From positions 822,680-886,679 of the forward strand of contig JAMPCA010000001.1 in NCBI GenBank assembly GCA_023666425.1: DNA of 64,000 bases, read 5' to 3'. Positions 19,689 through 28,644 of this stretch are shown piece after piece. The notes beneath the pieces are model-generated. The model was given only the letters and a program-made list of their open reading frames with translations, was not told the origin of the DNA and ran no database searches. Position 1 is the stretch's first letter, and every line of letters starts with the position of its first letter. The position numbers and the translations under genes are program-made. This stretch comes from Muribaculaceae bacterium. Lineage in GTDB: Bacteria; Bacillota; Clostridia; Lachnospirales; Lachnospiraceae.

Positions 19689-20690
19689 TTATGCTAACTC
19701 AGAGAAGTACTTAATCGTACGAACCATCTGTGAGGTATAGCTGTTCTCATTGTCATACCAGGAAACCACCTGTACCAGATTGTCCGCGCCAACCATCGTC
19801 TGGGTAGCGTCAAAGATGGAACCGTAGGTGCTTCCAATGATATCCGAGGAAACAATCTCGTCCTCATTGTAAGCGAAGGACTCTGTAGCCGCCGCCTTCA
19901 TCGCTGCGTTGATATCGTCCACACTGCAGGACTTCTCAACGGTTGCCACTAAGATTGTGGTAGAACCGGTCGGGCAGGGAACGCGCTGTGCAGAACCGAT
20001 CAGCTTGCCGTTCAGCTCCGGAATTACAAGGCCGATTGCCTTTGCAGCTCCGGTGGAGTTCGGAACGATGTTTACAGCTGCCGCGCGGGATCTTCTCAGA
20101 TCGCCCTTGCGCTGCGGTCCGTCCAGAGTCATCTGGTCGCCGGTGTAGGAGTGGATCGTGCTCATAATACCGGACTTGATGCCAAACGCATCGTTGAGTG
20201 CCTTTGCCATCGGAGCCAGACAGTTCGTGGTGCAGGAAGCAGCAGAAATGATGGTGTCCTCCGGCTTTAAAGTCGTGTGGTTTACATTGTATACGATAGT
20301 AGGAAGATCATTGCCAGCCGGTGCAGAGATAACTACCTTGCGGGCGCCGGCATTGATGTGAGCCTGCGCCTTGTCCTTGCTGGTGTAGAAGCCGGAGCAC
20401 TCCAGCACAACGTCTACCTTCAGCTCTCCCCACGGACAATTGTTTGCATCCGGAAATGCGTAAATCTTGATCTCCTTACCATCTACTGTGATGGAATCCT
20501 CTCCCGCAGACACCTTATCTGCCAGAGCATACTTTCCCTGTGAGCTGTCATACTTCAACAGATGCGCCAGCATCTTAGGGCTTGTCAGATCATTGATTGC
20601 TACTACCTCGTATCCCTCTGCCCCGAACATCTGACGGAAAGCAAGACGACCGATACGACCGAATCCATTGATTGCTACTCTTACTGCCAT
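19689..20690 (-). CDS. gap: glyceraldehyde-3-phosphate dehydrogenase
   Basis: 333 aa. NAD-binding INGFGRIGR and the catalytic [10 protein letters not shown] motif. Confidence 0.92.
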   Translation of the reverse strand: MAVRVAINGFGRIGRLAFRQMFGAEGYEVVAINDLTSPKMLAHLLKYDSSQGKYALADKVSAGEDSITVDGKEIKIYAFPDANNCPWGELKVDVVLECSGFYTSKDKAQAHINAGARKVVISAPAGNDLPTIVYNVNHTTLKPEDTIISAASCTTNCLAPMAKALNDAFGIKSGIMSTIHSYTGDQMTLDGPQRKGDLRRSRAAAVNIVPNSTGAAKAIGLVIPELNGKLIGSAQRVPCPTGSTTILVATVEKSCSVDDINAAMKAAATESFAYNEDEIVSSDIIGSTYGSIFDATQTMVGADNLVQVVSWYDNENSYTSQMVRTIKYFSELA

Positions 20691-20794
20691 TCTTAAATCC
20701 TCCTAGAATTGTAAATAGTCTCTTAGGACCTGCGTCCTCAAGCTTTTTTTATTCTACCCAATTTTTACCGAAAATTCAAGCCCTTTTCTTACAT

Positions 20795-20823
20795 TGTTAA
20801 ATATTTATTTATATGCTATAATC
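20795..20823 (+). promoter_or_regulatory. sigma-A-like promoter upstream of the PHP phosphatase gene
   Basis: TTGTTA-17 nt-TATAAT on the plus strand, about 30 nt before the CDS. Confidence 0.45.
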
Positions 20824-20855
20824 GTGGAAAATACGACAGAAAGCGGGAAATCATC

Positions 20856-21659
20856 ATGCTATGGGACACACACATGCACACGCGCTACTCCGGGGACAGT
20901 GAAGCATCGCCGGATACCATGGTACGCGCGGCCATCCAAAAGGGGCTGGGCGGCATCTGCTTCACCGACCATTACGACTACGCATATCCAAAGGAGCCTG
21001 CGCTGTTTCTCTTAGATTTTTCGGACTATGAAAAAGAAATCTCTGCCCTGCGGGAGGCTTACAGCGGGCAGATTTCCATCCGCTGGGGCGTCGAGCTCGG
21101 GCTTCAGCCGCAGCTTGCGGAGCACAACCGCTCGGTTGCAAACGCCTATCCTTTTGATTTTATTATCGGAAGCTCCCATGTGGTACACGGCATCGATCCC
21201 TACTACCCCGAGTACTACGAAGGGCGCAGGGAGTCTGCCGCTTACCTGGAATACTTTGAATCCATACTGGAAAACCTGCAGGTATACACCGATTTCGATG
21301 TATACGGCCATCTCGATTATGTGGTGCGCTACGGCCCCTGCAAAGACGCGAATTATTCCTATGAGGAATATTCTGAGGTGATCGACGAGATCCTGCGGAC
21401 TCTGATTGCGCAGGGAAAGGGCATTGAGGTGAACACCGGAGGCATCAAATACGGCCTTTTACACCCCCACCCCACGGAGGCCATCCTCGCCCGCTACCGC
21501 GAGCTCGGCGGGGAGATTGTCACGCTGGGGGCGGACGCCCACAAGCCGGAGCATGTCGCCCACAGCTTTGAAAAACTCCCGGAAATCCTGCGCGCCGCCG
21601 GATTTTCCCATTTCACTGTGTTCGAGGGCAGGAAGCCCCGTTTTCTCCCCCTCGGTTAA
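20856..21659 (+). CDS. hisK: histidinol-phosphatase, PHP family (HisK-like)
   Basis: Starts LWDTHMHT and continues with PHP-domain His/Asp metal ligands (FTDH, GSSH, GHLD). About 267 aa, as for monofunctional HisK. Confidence 0.7.
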   Translation: MLWDTHMHTRYSGDSEASPDTMVRAAIQKGLGGICFTDHYDYAYPKEPALFLLDFSDYEKEISALREAYSGQISIRWGVELGLQPQLAEHNRSVANAYPFDFIIGSSHVVHGIDPYYPEYYEGRRESAAYLEYFESILENLQVYTDFDVYGHLDYVVRYGPCKDANYSYEEYSEVIDEILRTLIAQGKGIEVNTGGIKYGLLHPHPTEAILARYRELGGEIVTLGADAHKPEHVAHSFEKLPEILRAAGFSHFTVFEGRKPRFLPLG

Positions 21660-21719
21660 ATTTTTTTATCTTTTTTTCAATTTGGTATTGCAAAATTTGA
21701 ATTTCCGGCTATAATATAG

Positions 21720-21869
21720 TTATTGAAGCATGTTAGCATAACATGTAACGTACAGAATGAGTATGTAGTTCAATTTTACTTAACAATTATCTAATTAACT
21801 ACTCAGTTACTCAATTACTTTTTAGTAACTAAGAAGGAGCAGGTTTCCTCGCCTGCTCCTTTCTTTGTG
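21720..21869 (+). ncRNA. candidate small RNA (promoter-to-terminator unit, about 150 nt)
   Basis: Near-consensus promoter TTGCAA-16/17-TATAAT at 21688-21715. Plus-strand intrinsic terminator AGGAGCAGG-TTTCCTCG-CCTGCTCCT plus TTCTTTGTG at 21833-21869. Between them are internal hairpins (CATGTTA..TAACATG and AGTTACT..AGTAACT). No ORF with an RBS. Confidence 0.3.
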
Positions 21870-22072
21870 CAAAAACGCCTGCCGGATTCCCCAACCTTTT
21901 ATTTTACCTGATCTCCAGACCCGTTTCCATATCGTTTGGCGAAAGAATACATTTTCGCCAAATGCTATGGTTTTACGCCCGTTCCATGGGCTATACTGAC
22001 TGCGAAGTCAGGCGGTAGCAGCTTGGGCCGGTCGGCATCCGGGATTCCGGCATCAGTTCATACCGGACGGTT

Positions 22073-23143
22073 CTAAGCGGTCATAATTTCCATTTGAAAC
22101 AGATCCCTTGCCTTTTCCCGCAAAGTCTCTGCCCCGGCAGAGTCCCCGACTATCTGCAGGAGCAGGTAAGCCTGTTTCAAAACTGGCCCCGCCTGCCCTC
22201 GCTGTCCGGCCGCCGCCAGTGTACAACCCTTTACCGACAAGAGCTGCGGCAGCATGACCAGACGGTCATACCTGAGACACAGGGCAATTCCCAGCTCGCA
22301 GAATTCCATCTGCTTATCCATGCGCCCGTCATTTCCCATCCACACGGACAACTGATACAGTATCCCCGGGTACCACATTGCCCGCTCTTCCGGATCCGTC
22401 CACTCCTCTTCCATGTAATTGCGGAGAAGAAAAAGGAGCCGTTTCGCCTCCGTCTGCTCTCCCTGCCCGTAACTGATTACCGCAATATGAAACAGGATCC
22501 GCAGCTCCTCCCGTGTGAAAAGCCGCATCTGCGCCAGCTTCTCCTGCGACGCCGCGCCCACGGTGAGCCCCAGCGCCTTCCTAAAAAGCGCCAGTGCCCG
22601 CAGATTCCCACGCCCCTCCTTTTCCCGCAGCACGCCCATCTGGCAGAGCGCATACTGGAGTTCCAGCGCAGGCAGCAGCCTCTCCTTTGCCCTCTTCTCC
22701 GCCGCTCCCAACAGCACGGCCTCCAGTATATTTTCTTCCTCTCTGTCAGAAAACCTCTCCGTAACGCCCATCCGCCGGGCACAGGCGGCCAGCAGCTTTC
22801 GTGCCTCCCTCTCCCCGCCGCCCCTTTCCATGCCACAGACCGTGTACTCCGCCAGCGCTCCATACGCCTCATGGTACGCGCCCGTTTCCGTCAGGTACTC
22901 AATTCTCTCCTCCAGCACACTGCGGCGCATCTCCACCTCACTGACATAGATACAGCAGCTTCTGTGGGACAGTCCGAGCCTCTGCAGCAGCGCCATATAG
23001 ACCCTGCGGCTTGGCATCTGCCCGCCATTCTCAATCTTTGAGAGCGTGGAGGCTGAACAGATTCCCTCTGCAAGCGCCTCCTGCGACAGTTTTCTGCGGC
23101 CGCGCATCTCTGCGATCAGCCTCCCTACCGGATAATTCCCCAT
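22073..23143 (-). CDS. XRE-family HTH transcriptional regulator with a long C-terminal TPR-like domain (RNPP/Rgg-like architecture)
   Basis: N-terminal HTH (RLIAEMRGRRKLSQEALAEGICSASTLSKIENG), then about 290 aa rich in helical repeats. Start set at the ATG at 23143. The track start at 23179 would put the upstream terminator hairpin inside the coding sequence. Confidence 0.65.
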   Translation of the reverse strand: MGNYPVGRLIAEMRGRRKLSQEALAEGICSASTLSKIENGGQMPSRRVYMALLQRLGLSHRSCCIYVSEVEMRRSVLEERIEYLTETGAYHEAYGALAEYTVCGMERGGGEREARKLLAACARRMGVTERFSDREEENILEAVLLGAAEKRAKERLLPALELQYALCQMGVLREKEGRGNLRALALFRKALGLTVGAASQEKLAQMRLFTREELRILFHIAVISYGQGEQTEAKRLLFLLRNYMEEEWTDPEERAMWYPGILYQLSVWMGNDGRMDKQMEFCELGIALCLRYDRLVMLPQLLSVKGCTLAAAGQRGQAGPVLKQAYLLLQIVGDSAGAETLREKARDLFQMEIMTA

Positions 23144-23208
23144 AAAAAACCCCCATTCTGTCCATACACTGTTTTGCACAGCATATTCATTCTATGAACA
23201 GAATGGGG
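23144..23208 (-). terminator. hairpin plus U-tract after the decarboxylase gene, abutting the regulator start codon
   Basis: Minus strand CCCCATTCTGT-(36-nt loop)-ACAGAATGGGG followed by TTTTTT, which runs directly into the regulator ATG. Confidence 0.5.
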
Positions 23209-23305
23209 AATCGCTCATTAGTTTCTGAAACGAAATATGTTGGAAAATGTTAGTTTTCGTTAGTTTTTATATTCTTTGAACCAAATTATAATCTATTAGG
23301 CATAA

Positions 23306-24574
23306 TCATCTGGTAAGCTTAATATCCTCAAAACAGTCAAAGGTGGCAAAATAATCCTCCGGCGTCTCTGCCCGGCGAATCAGGCGCACGCCCCCGTCCT
23401 CCTCAAGCAAAATCTCCGCAGAGCGAAGTCTTCCATTATAATTGTATCCCATGGAAAATCCGTGCGCGCCCGTGTCGTGTATCACCAGATAATCTCCCAT
23501 GTCAATCTTCGGAAGCGCGCGATCCACGGCAAATTTATCGCAATTCTCACAGAGACTTCCGGTCACATCATAAATATGGTCGCACACGGCCTCCTCTTTC
23601 CCTAAAACCGTGATATGGTGGTAGCTGCCATAGACCGCGGGACGCATCAGATTCGCCGCGCAGGCATCCACACCGATGTACTCTTTATAGATATGCTTCT
23701 CGTGAATCGCGGTGGTCACCAGACAGCCGTAAGGCCCCATCATAAAACGCCCCATCTCCGCATAGATTTCCACACCGCCCATGCCTGCCGGAACAAGCAC
23801 CCGCTCGTAAGCTTCGCGCACACCCTCCCCGATGGCACGGATATCGTTGGGCTCCTCCTCCGGCCTGTAGGGAATCCCCACACCCCCGGAAAGGTTTACA
23901 AACGCAATCTCACAGCCGGTCTTTTCCCGGATTTCCACTGCAAATTCAAAGAGCTGACCCGCCAGTTTCGGATAGTATTCGTTCGTCACCGTATTGCTGG
24001 CTAAAAATGCATGGAGTCCGAAGCGCTTTGCCCCTTTTTCCCGCAGGAGCCTGTACGCCCCGATGATCTGCTCCTTCGTCATGCCATACTTGGAATCCCC
24101 GGGATTGTCCATGATCCCGTTGCTCAGCTCAAATACCCCTCCCGGATTGTAGCGGCAGCTGATGGTCTCCGGGATACAGCCGATCGTCTTCTCTAAAAAA
24201 TCAATATGTGTGAAATCGTCCAGATTGATAATCGCGCCAAGCTCATGGGCGTATGCGAACTCCTCCGCCGGGGTGTCGTTCGAGGAGAACATGATGTGCT
24301 CCCCGTCAAATCCGCAGGCCTTCGCCAGCATAAGCTCCGTGTCAGAGCTGCAGTCGCAGCCCATATCGTACTCTTTTAAAATTTTTAACAGAAAAGGATT
24401 CGGGGTTGCCTTCACCGCAAAGTACTCCCGAAAACCCGGATTCCAGGAAAATGCCTCCTTCACCGCCCGGGCGTTCTCCCGGATTCCCTTCTCGTCATAT
24501 AGATGAAACGGCGTCGGATAGCTTTTTACGATCTCCTCCACCTGGCTTTTCGTTACAAATGGCGTCTTTTTCAT
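23306..24574 (-). CDS. PLP-dependent decarboxylase, Orn/DAP/Arg decarboxylase family 2 (diaminopimelate-decarboxylase-like)
   Basis: 422 aa. Alanine-racemase-like TIM barrel with FAVKA near the N-terminus, and the C-terminal beta domain. Confidence 0.7.
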   Translation of the reverse strand: MKKTPFVTKSQVEEIVKSYPTPFHLYDEKGIRENARAVKEAFSWNPGFREYFAVKATPNPFLLKILKEYDMGCDCSSDTELMLAKACGFDGEHIMFSSNDTPAEEFAYAHELGAIINLDDFTHIDFLEKTIGCIPETISCRYNPGGVFELSNGIMDNPGDSKYGMTKEQIIGAYRLLREKGAKRFGLHAFLASNTVTNEYYPKLAGQLFEFAVEIREKTGCEIAFVNLSGGVGIPYRPEEEPNDIRAIGEGVREAYERVLVPAGMGGVEIYAEMGRFMMGPYGCLVTTAIHEKHIYKEYIGVDACAANLMRPAVYGSYHHITVLGKEEAVCDHIYDVTGSLCENCDKFAVDRALPKIDMGDYLVIHDTGAHGFSMGYNYNGRLRSAEILLEEDGGVRLIRRAETPEDYFATFDCFEDIKLTR

Positions 24575-24738
24575 GCTCGTACTCCTCTTTTAGTTACCGT
24601 TATCGTTTTCACCTATGCTACATCATGTAACAGACAAATTCAAGCAAAAAATTTGTTTTTGCGTAAAGTTCCTCTTTCAATTGCCGATAAAATATTGTAG
24701 ACTATAGACAGCACATAAAATGCACAGAGGACGAAATT

Positions 24739-25437
24739 ATGAGTAATATTAAAGTGTATCCATATATTACGGACAATACAGCCTCCCTCCTACCGCCTGC
24801 CCCCGCCGCAGCTTCGGTGGACACGGCGGACTTTAAGGAGTTTCTCAAGGAGGCCGACCGCACCCAGCAGGCGATGGCGGTGGACGCGCTGATTGCAGCC
24901 AGCCGCACCGGAGGCGTATCCCCGGAAACCATACAAAAGCTTCTGGGCTTTAATCCCACAGTCACGGGAACCGTCACCACCACGGCGGCAGACAGCGCCG
25001 CACAGACAGCGGCGGCGGATACGAAAACCTCTTCTGACGCGGCGGCCATTACCTGCCCGCCGGAGCTGGAGGCATACTTTACAGAGGCGGCACTGACCTA
25101 CAATGTGGACGTCAATCTGTTAAAGGCCATCGCCAGGGCGGAATCCGGCTTTAATCCGAATGCCACCAGCGGAGCCGGAGCCATGGGCATCATGCAGCTC
25201 ATGCCTGCTACCGCCGAGAGTCTGGGAATCACCGACGCCTACAACGCCTACGACAATATCATGGGCGGTGCCAAAATCATCTCCCAGAATCTCGAAAAGT
25301 ACAATGGCGATCTTTCCCTGGCTCTCGCCGCTTACAATGCCGGCAGCGGCAATGTGGACAAGTACGGCGGAATCCCTCCCTTTGAGGAGACACAGAATTA
25401 TGTAAAAAAAGTATTGGAGTATTACAAAAATGCGTAG
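24739..25437 (+). CDS. lytic transglycosylase (SLT domain)
   Basis: C-terminal SLT motifs AIARAESGFNPNATSGAGAMGIMQL and AYNAG. Ala/Thr-rich linker. Confidence 0.8.
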   Translation: MSNIKVYPYITDNTASLLPPAPAAASVDTADFKEFLKEADRTQQAMAVDALIAASRTGGVSPETIQKLLGFNPTVTGTVTTTAADSAAQTAAADTKTSSDAAAITCPPELEAYFTEAALTYNVDVNLLKAIARAESGFNPNATSGAGAMGIMQLMPATAESLGITDAYNAYDNIMGGAKIISQNLEKYNGDLSLALAAYNAGSGNVDKYGGIPPFEETQNYVKKVLEYYKNA

Positions 25438-25457
25438 GCTTTGCCTACGCATTTTGT
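25424..25457. terminator. bidirectional rho-independent terminator
   Basis: GCGTAGG-CTTTG-CCTACGC with an A-run upstream and ATTTTGT downstream. Sits between the convergent SLT and S1 genes. Confidence 0.7.
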
Positions 25458-25488
25458 CTGTACAGATTTCCTTACATCTGTATGGAAT

Positions 25489-26391
25489 CTACAGTTTAAA
25501 CTTAGAGAGCAGATCCCCGAGACTTGTGGATGCGTTCTCCCCGGAGACATACTCCTCCGCGGGCGCAGAATCCTCCTTATTCACCATAATCTCCTCCAGC
25601 GCCTTCATGCTCAGGCTCACCTTGCCGTCATTGGTATTTAAAATCTTTACCTTGACCTTCTGCCCTTCCTTTAACACTTCGTGCACCGAAGCCACTCTCT
25701 TCTGGCTGATCTGGGAGATATGTACCAGACCGCTGATCCCGTTGCCGAGATCCACGAAAGCGCCGTAAGGCATAATCGACTCCACCACGCCCTCTGTCAC
25801 CGTTCCCGGCACCATCATGGCGATGCGGTGGTTCCTCTCATCCTCCTCCTTCCTGCGGGCAACCTTCTTCCCCGAGAGCACCAGCTTATTTTTCTCCTTA
25901 TCCACGGTGATCACCTGAACTTCCAGATCCTTCCCAATCCACTCGTCCGTGTTTTCGACATAGCTCGTGGAAAGCTGGGAAGCCGGAATAAATGCCCGGA
26001 TCCCCTCCAGATAGCCGACCACGCCGCTGGGCACGCTCTCCTTGATGCGCACTGTGGCCACCGTCTCATTGTCCAGCATCTCCTTTAGCCTGTCCCATGC
26101 CAGCACGTCGTTGGCCTCCTTTTTGGAGAGCTCAATGCTGCCCTGCCCGTCGTCCTCCTTAATGACCGTCGCCTCCAGAACATCCCCGATGGCGAGCCTT
26201 TCCTTCGGATTATAATCCGGGTCGTTGCTCAGATTCCCTGCTTTAATAATTCCCTGCGTATAATAGCTTAAGTCCAGAGTCACCTCCTCCTCCGACACGG
26301 CGATCACCGTGCCGCTCACGATATCTCCCTCATGGATCTGCCGAAAGGAACGCTCCAGCTCCTTCTCATAATCCTGCATGGTTTCACTCAT
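25489..26391 (-). CDS. S1 RNA-binding-domain protein (RpsA-like, three to four S1 repeats)
   Basis: Repeated S1 motifs (GDIVSGTV, GDVLEATV, GTVTEGVV...YGAFVDLGNGISGLVHISQIS). Confidence 0.75.
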   Translation of the reverse strand: MSETMQDYEKELERSFRQIHEGDIVSGTVIAVSEEEVTLDLSYYTQGIIKAGNLSNDPDYNPKERLAIGDVLEATVIKEDDGQGSIELSKKEANDVLAWDRLKEMLDNETVATVRIKESVPSGVVGYLEGIRAFIPASQLSTSYVENTDEWIGKDLEVQVITVDKEKNKLVLSGKKVARRKEEDERNHRIAMMVPGTVTEGVVESIMPYGAFVDLGNGISGLVHISQISQKRVASVHEVLKEGQKVKVKILNTNDGKVSLSMKALEEIMVNKEDSAPAEEYVSGENASTSLGDLLSKFKL

Positions 26392-26560
26392 TTTCCTTCC
26401 TCCTTTCTCTATCCTTCTCTGCGAATTGTATCACATATCCTGGTTTTTTCAAATATTTTTTGTAAAAGAGTTAAAAAAAGGAAATTACCAGCCGATATAA
26501 ATTCTGTAACGGCTTCGAGGCCGGGAGCGGTTATGAAAAATGAAATATGACCAGCCATGG

Positions 26561-26610
26561 ACGGTATCCTTAGAACGAAATGGAGTTCTTGTAAGGAGAC
26601 CGTTTTTTTA
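26561..26610 (+). terminator. orphan intrinsic terminator or attenuator in the leader of the EF-hand-like gene
   Basis: Stem ACGGTATCCTTAGAAC / GTTCTTGTAAGGAGACCGT (about 16 bp, 2 mismatches), then TTTTTTT. No plus-strand gene upstream. Ends about 45 nt before the ATG at 26656. Confidence 0.45.
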
Positions 26611-26655
26611 TTTCTATTATGAAAGGATGCATTTGTGAGATAAGCGGCGGGGTTC

Positions 26656-27840
26656 ATGGAAAGGGTGAACAAATTGATTATTCAGTCAGACCAGATGCGC
26701 ATGGGCGCCTCGAGAAGCTATGCCTCTTCCCGCGCCGGCTACACGCGCTACAATACATGGAACGCCTCTGGGAACGGACTTCTCTCCTTCGCAAGCGCAT
26801 CCTCAGAGCGCCAGAGCGTCCACACAAAAAGCCGCAACAGCCACCTGGCCGCTGCGAGCCAGGCTCTGCCGGAAAGCTCCGAAAAGAGCCTCAGCGGGGA
26901 ATTTCTTACCGAAGAGCAGGAGCCCCAGATTGGCACGGACGCCGACGGCATGAAGAATTTGATGGAGCAGATGAACGCTTCTTCCAAAGCAAGAAGAGCC
27001 ACTCTGCAGGACACCATCAGCAATTTTCAAAGAATACAGCAGCAGGCGATCAACTACCTGTTTGATCTTCTGTTCTCGCACAAGAGCCGCATCGGCGCGC
27101 TCAGCCAGTCCGGGGGAAGCGACAACAGCTTTGCGGATTTTCTGACCTCCGAAAACTCCGGGCTCTACGGCGCAGGCGGAAGCTACTACTCCAGCTTCTA
27201 CTATAGCGAGCAGGAAACCACCTGCTTTGACGCAAAGGGCACGGCTGTCACAGCGGACGGAAGGGAAATCCCCTTTAATATCAGCCTGGAGATGTCCCGC
27301 TCCTTCACGGTGGCGGCGGAGCAGGCGATCGACTTTGGACAGCCAAGGCTCTGCGATCCGCTGGTCATCAATCTTTCGGGCGGCGCGGCCGGTGTGACCG
27401 ACCAGAAATTCTACTTTGATATCGACGCTGACGGCGTGGAGGATGAGATTTCCTCGTTAAGCCAGGGTAGCGGCTATCTCGCCCTCGACAAAAACGGGGA
27501 CGGCGTCATCAACGACGGCAGCGAACTGTTCGGCACGGCAAGCGGCAACGGCTTTTCGGATCTTGCCGCCTACGACAGGGACAAAAACGGCTGGATCGAC
27601 GAGGCAGATGAGATTTTTTCTCTGCTCAAGATCTGGACGAAGGACGAAAACGGCAACGACAGGCTCCTGACTCTGGCGGAGGCAGGCGTGGGCGCCATCT
27701 ATCTGGGCTATGAGGATACGGATTATTCCCTGAACAGTCTGGAGAGCAACGAGACCAACGCCGTGATCCGCAAGACCGGGATTTTCCTCTACGAGAACGG
27801 CGACAGCGGCACCGTCCAGCAGCTCGATCTCGCCACATAA
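26656..27840 (+). CDS. hypothetical protein with a paired EF-hand-like calcium-binding motif and a Ser/Gly/Tyr-rich N-terminal half
   Basis: 394 aa. No signal peptide or TM. Two EF-hand-like loops DKNGDGVINDGSE and DRDKNGWIDEADE, 22 aa apart. Low-complexity N-terminal region. Confidence 0.6.
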   Translation: MERVNKLIIQSDQMRMGASRSYASSRAGYTRYNTWNASGNGLLSFASASSERQSVHTKSRNSHLAAASQALPESSEKSLSGEFLTEEQEPQIGTDADGMKNLMEQMNASSKARRATLQDTISNFQRIQQQAINYLFDLLFSHKSRIGALSQSGGSDNSFADFLTSENSGLYGAGGSYYSSFYYSEQETTCFDAKGTAVTADGREIPFNISLEMSRSFTVAAEQAIDFGQPRLCDPLVINLSGGAAGVTDQKFYFDIDADGVEDEISSLSQGSGYLALDKNGDGVINDGSELFGTASGNGFSDLAAYDRDKNGWIDEADEIFSLLKIWTKDENGNDRLLTLAEAGVGAIYLGYEDTDYSLNSLESNETNAVIRKTGIFLYENGDSGTVQQLDLAT

Positions 27841-27863
27841 AGTAAAAAACATATTGTGCATAC

Positions 27864-27904
27864 AAAAAACGGAAGTCCATGCAATAATCAGGACTTCCGT
27901 TTTC
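27864..27904. terminator. bidirectional rho-independent terminator
   Basis: Perfect stem ACGGAAGTCC / GGACTTCCGT with a 12-nt loop, an A-run before and a T-run after. Serves the EF-hand-like gene (+) and tRNA-Thr (-). Confidence 0.75.
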
Positions 27905-27907
27905 ACG

Positions 27908-27979
<72 letters not shown>

Positions 27980-28004
27980 ACAGGCGTTGTTCACCAACTA
28001 CTAG

Positions 28005-28033
28005 ATAATACAATAGGCTTTGTGAATTGTCAA
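28005..28033 (-). promoter_or_regulatory. sigma-A promoter for tRNA-Thr
   Basis: Minus strand TTGACA-17 nt-TATTAT, about 25 nt upstream of the tRNA 5' end. Confidence 0.55.
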
Positions 28034-28042
28034 CACATTTTT

Positions 28043-28633
28043 TCAAATCTCTACAATAAATTTTTCAAAGGCGTTGATCACGCAGGTCTCCCCCACCATA
28101 TCCTCCCTCGGGAACTGACGTCCATAGTTCATATGGACGTGTCCATGCACAAAATATCTGGGCCGGTACTTCTCTATGAGCGCGTTGAACACCTCAAAGC
28201 CTCTGTGGCACAGATCCTTGTCATCGTGGAGCCCGAATGCCGGGGAATGCGTCACGAGAATATCAAAGCCCTTTTTGCGGAACAGCTGAAAGGAAAGCCT
28301 TTTTACCCGCTTTTCCATCTCCTGCTCGGTATACTGGTTCGCCCCGGGCTTGTAGCGGTAGGAACCGCCCAGCCCGAGGATACGCACGCCCCTGTACTCA
28401 AAAATCTTATCCTCGATGCAGGTACAGCCCTCCGGCGGCAGCTTGTCATATTTGTCGTCATGGTTTCCCCGCACATAGAGCACGGGAACCGGAACCATCG
28501 TCGCGAGGAAGGACAGATACTCCGCCTTCAGATCCCCACAGGACACAATCAGATCAATTCCCGCAAAATCCTCCTTGTTGAAAAAATCCCAGTAGGCCTT
28601 TGACTCCTCGTCAGCCAGAAATAATATTTTCAT
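28043..28633 (-). CDS. metallophosphoesterase (YfcE/MJ0936-like calcineurin-fold)
   Basis: 196 aa. Motifs D-x-H (LADEESK...CGD), GNHD, VTHSP and GHVH. Confidence 0.8.
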   Translation of the reverse strand: MKILFLADEESKAYWDFFNKEDFAGIDLIVSCGDLKAEYLSFLATMVPVPVLYVRGNHDDKYDKLPPEGCTCIEDKIFEYRGVRILGLGGSYRYKPGANQYTEQEMEKRVKRLSFQLFRKKGFDILVTHSPAFGLHDDKDLCHRGFEVFNALIEKYRPRYFVHGHVHMNYGRQFPREDMVGETCVINAFEKFIVEI

Positions 28634-28644
28634 TCTCCGTCCCC

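Noticed and set aside
22094-23041. 315-aa plus-strand ORF antisense to the XRE/TPR regulator
   Set aside because: It overlaps the regulator completely. It has a proline/arginine-rich low-complexity translation and no RBS. The minus-strand gene has a recognisable HTH domain.
26332-26550. 72-aa plus-strand ORF overlapping the 5' end of the S1-domain gene
   Set aside because: It is antisense to a convincing S1 protein start. It has no RBS and its composition is implausible.
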